Below, piece after piece: positions 35,393-36,201 of a stretch of DNA of 36,201 nucleotides; position 1 is the first letter of the stretch; each line of letters opens with the position of its first letter. The translations under genes and the position numbers were made by a program. Source of the stretch: Candidatus Azambacteria bacterium (GTDB lineage: Bacteria; Patescibacteriota; Minisyncoccia; UBA10092). The stretch spans positions 1 to 36,201 of the forward strand of contig JAUSKX010000029.1 in NCBI GenBank assembly GCA_030646675.1, written 5' to 3'. The notes beneath the pieces were generated by a model. That model saw only the letters and a program-made list of their open reading frames with translations, did not search any database and was not told the DNA's origin.

Positions 35393-36201
35393 TTACGCGC
35401 CCAATATCTCGCTCATTTTTTTTATGGCTTCTGAAAGCTCCTCTTCAGTATAATAATTTTTTCCCTTAGGAACTTGTTCCTTTTTTGAAACGCCACATTT
35501 AAATGTATTATTATTATCGCCACAATGATGTATCTGATGTCTTATACATTCCAACCCATTACATCCTTCCCGTTTTTTATTATCATTATCAATATATATC
35601 CTATCTTTCACGCCATCGATACTATCTATTTTTATTTCTTTAATTTTACCAATTTTTTCTAATTTAGAATATAAAAATATAAAAAGCAATTCATCTTCTA
35701 TACCAAAAATAATATTGTCTGAAAATGGTTTTGTGAGTCCATCTTCTCCTTTTTCAAAGGAAACAATTTTCTTTTTTTCTTCAAAATTTTGAAACACAAA
35801 ATATGGATCGTGAGTTGTTATTATGACTTGATGATTATCTTGTTCTGCAATCTTTTCCAATGTCGCATTAAGTGTCCTTTTTAATCTAGGATGTAAGTAA
35901 ATTTCAGGCTCTTCAAAAAGAATGAGTACTGGATTTTCGGTATGGATTTTACGTTCAACTAAAATATCCAAATACGCTTTTAAAATCGACGCAACGATTA
36001 TTCTTTGCGTCCCCTGACCCAACTCATTAAGTCCTCTTTTTACTCCATTTTCAATTCCTGAAATGTCTTTAATGAGAGCCTGAATTATTACGCTGGGGTC
36101 AAGTTCTTCCTCATTAAATGTTATTTCGAGTGCATGCTCATTTTTCCCATTGAAACTCTTGAGATTATCGCTCGCCTTTTTCATTAGATTTCCAATATCC
36201 C
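35393..36201 (-). CDS. ABC/AAA ATPase (OLD/RloC-like) with a C-terminal HEPN-like motif; 5' end lies beyond the window
   Basis: LGQGTQR signature, ILFEEPEIYLHP Walker B/D-loop, IITTH H-loop, IRHQIHH (R-x4-H); the frame is open upstream of ATG 36184 to the window end. Confidence 0.8.
   Translation of the reverse strand, partial: DIGNLMKKASDNLKSFNGKNEHALEITFNEEELDPSVIIQALIKDISGIENGVKRGLNELGQGTQRIIVASILKAYLDILVERKIHTENPVLILFEEPEIYLHPRLKRTLNATLEKIAEQDNHQVIITTHDPYFVFQNFEEKKKIVSFEKGEDGLTKPFSDNIIFGIEDELLFIFLYSKLEKIGKIKEIKIDSIDGVKDRIYIDNDNKKREGCNGLECIRHQIHHCGDNNNTFKCGVSKKEQVPKGKNYYTEEELSEAIKKMSEILGA

Noticed and set aside
271-35453. Numerous plus-strand ORFs such as 6059..6523, 19957..20427 and 29014..29760
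   Set aside because: They are antisense shadows of well-supported minus-strand genes and carry no motifs.

Overview
A gene-dense, AT-rich bacterial window in which every credible gene lies on the minus strand. It uses the standard genetic code, since TGA acts as a stop. The short hinge-less SMC, compact housekeeping genes with AT-rich leaders and many orphans suggest a Patescibacteria (CPR, Parcubacteria-like) genome; this is inference. In coordinate order it holds: a BcgI-like Type IIB restriction-modification system and an orphan next to tRNA-Ser(GGA); GGDEF, htpX, lemA, smc, rnc, nusB and tgt; an SDR; a TrpR/YerC-like HTH; a copper/thiol-redox cluster (copA, SHOCT, Cys-rich protein, CcdA-like, DUF1573, leader membrane ORF); ackA-xfp; typA; a frameshifted class IV aminotransferase; obgE; an M23/CHASE2 adenylate cyclase/FecR module; FKBP; a VanY-like peptidase; cupin; SPFH; TspO; an ArsR-like HTH; a PD-(D/E)XK nuclease; and a partial ABC-ATPase with a HEPN-like motif. 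Four features stand out. (1) A Cys/His-bearing membrane leader ORF followed by a long hairpin and an intrinsic terminator sits directly before the copper cluster, a candidate metal-sensing attenuator. (2) A 180-bp highly structured element lies between two copies of the tRNA-Ser 3' end, and only the distal copy gives a perfect acceptor stem plus CCA. (3) Two unrelated small HTH genes are each bracketed on both sides by their own palindrome. (4) A short palindrome is inserted in frame in tgt.
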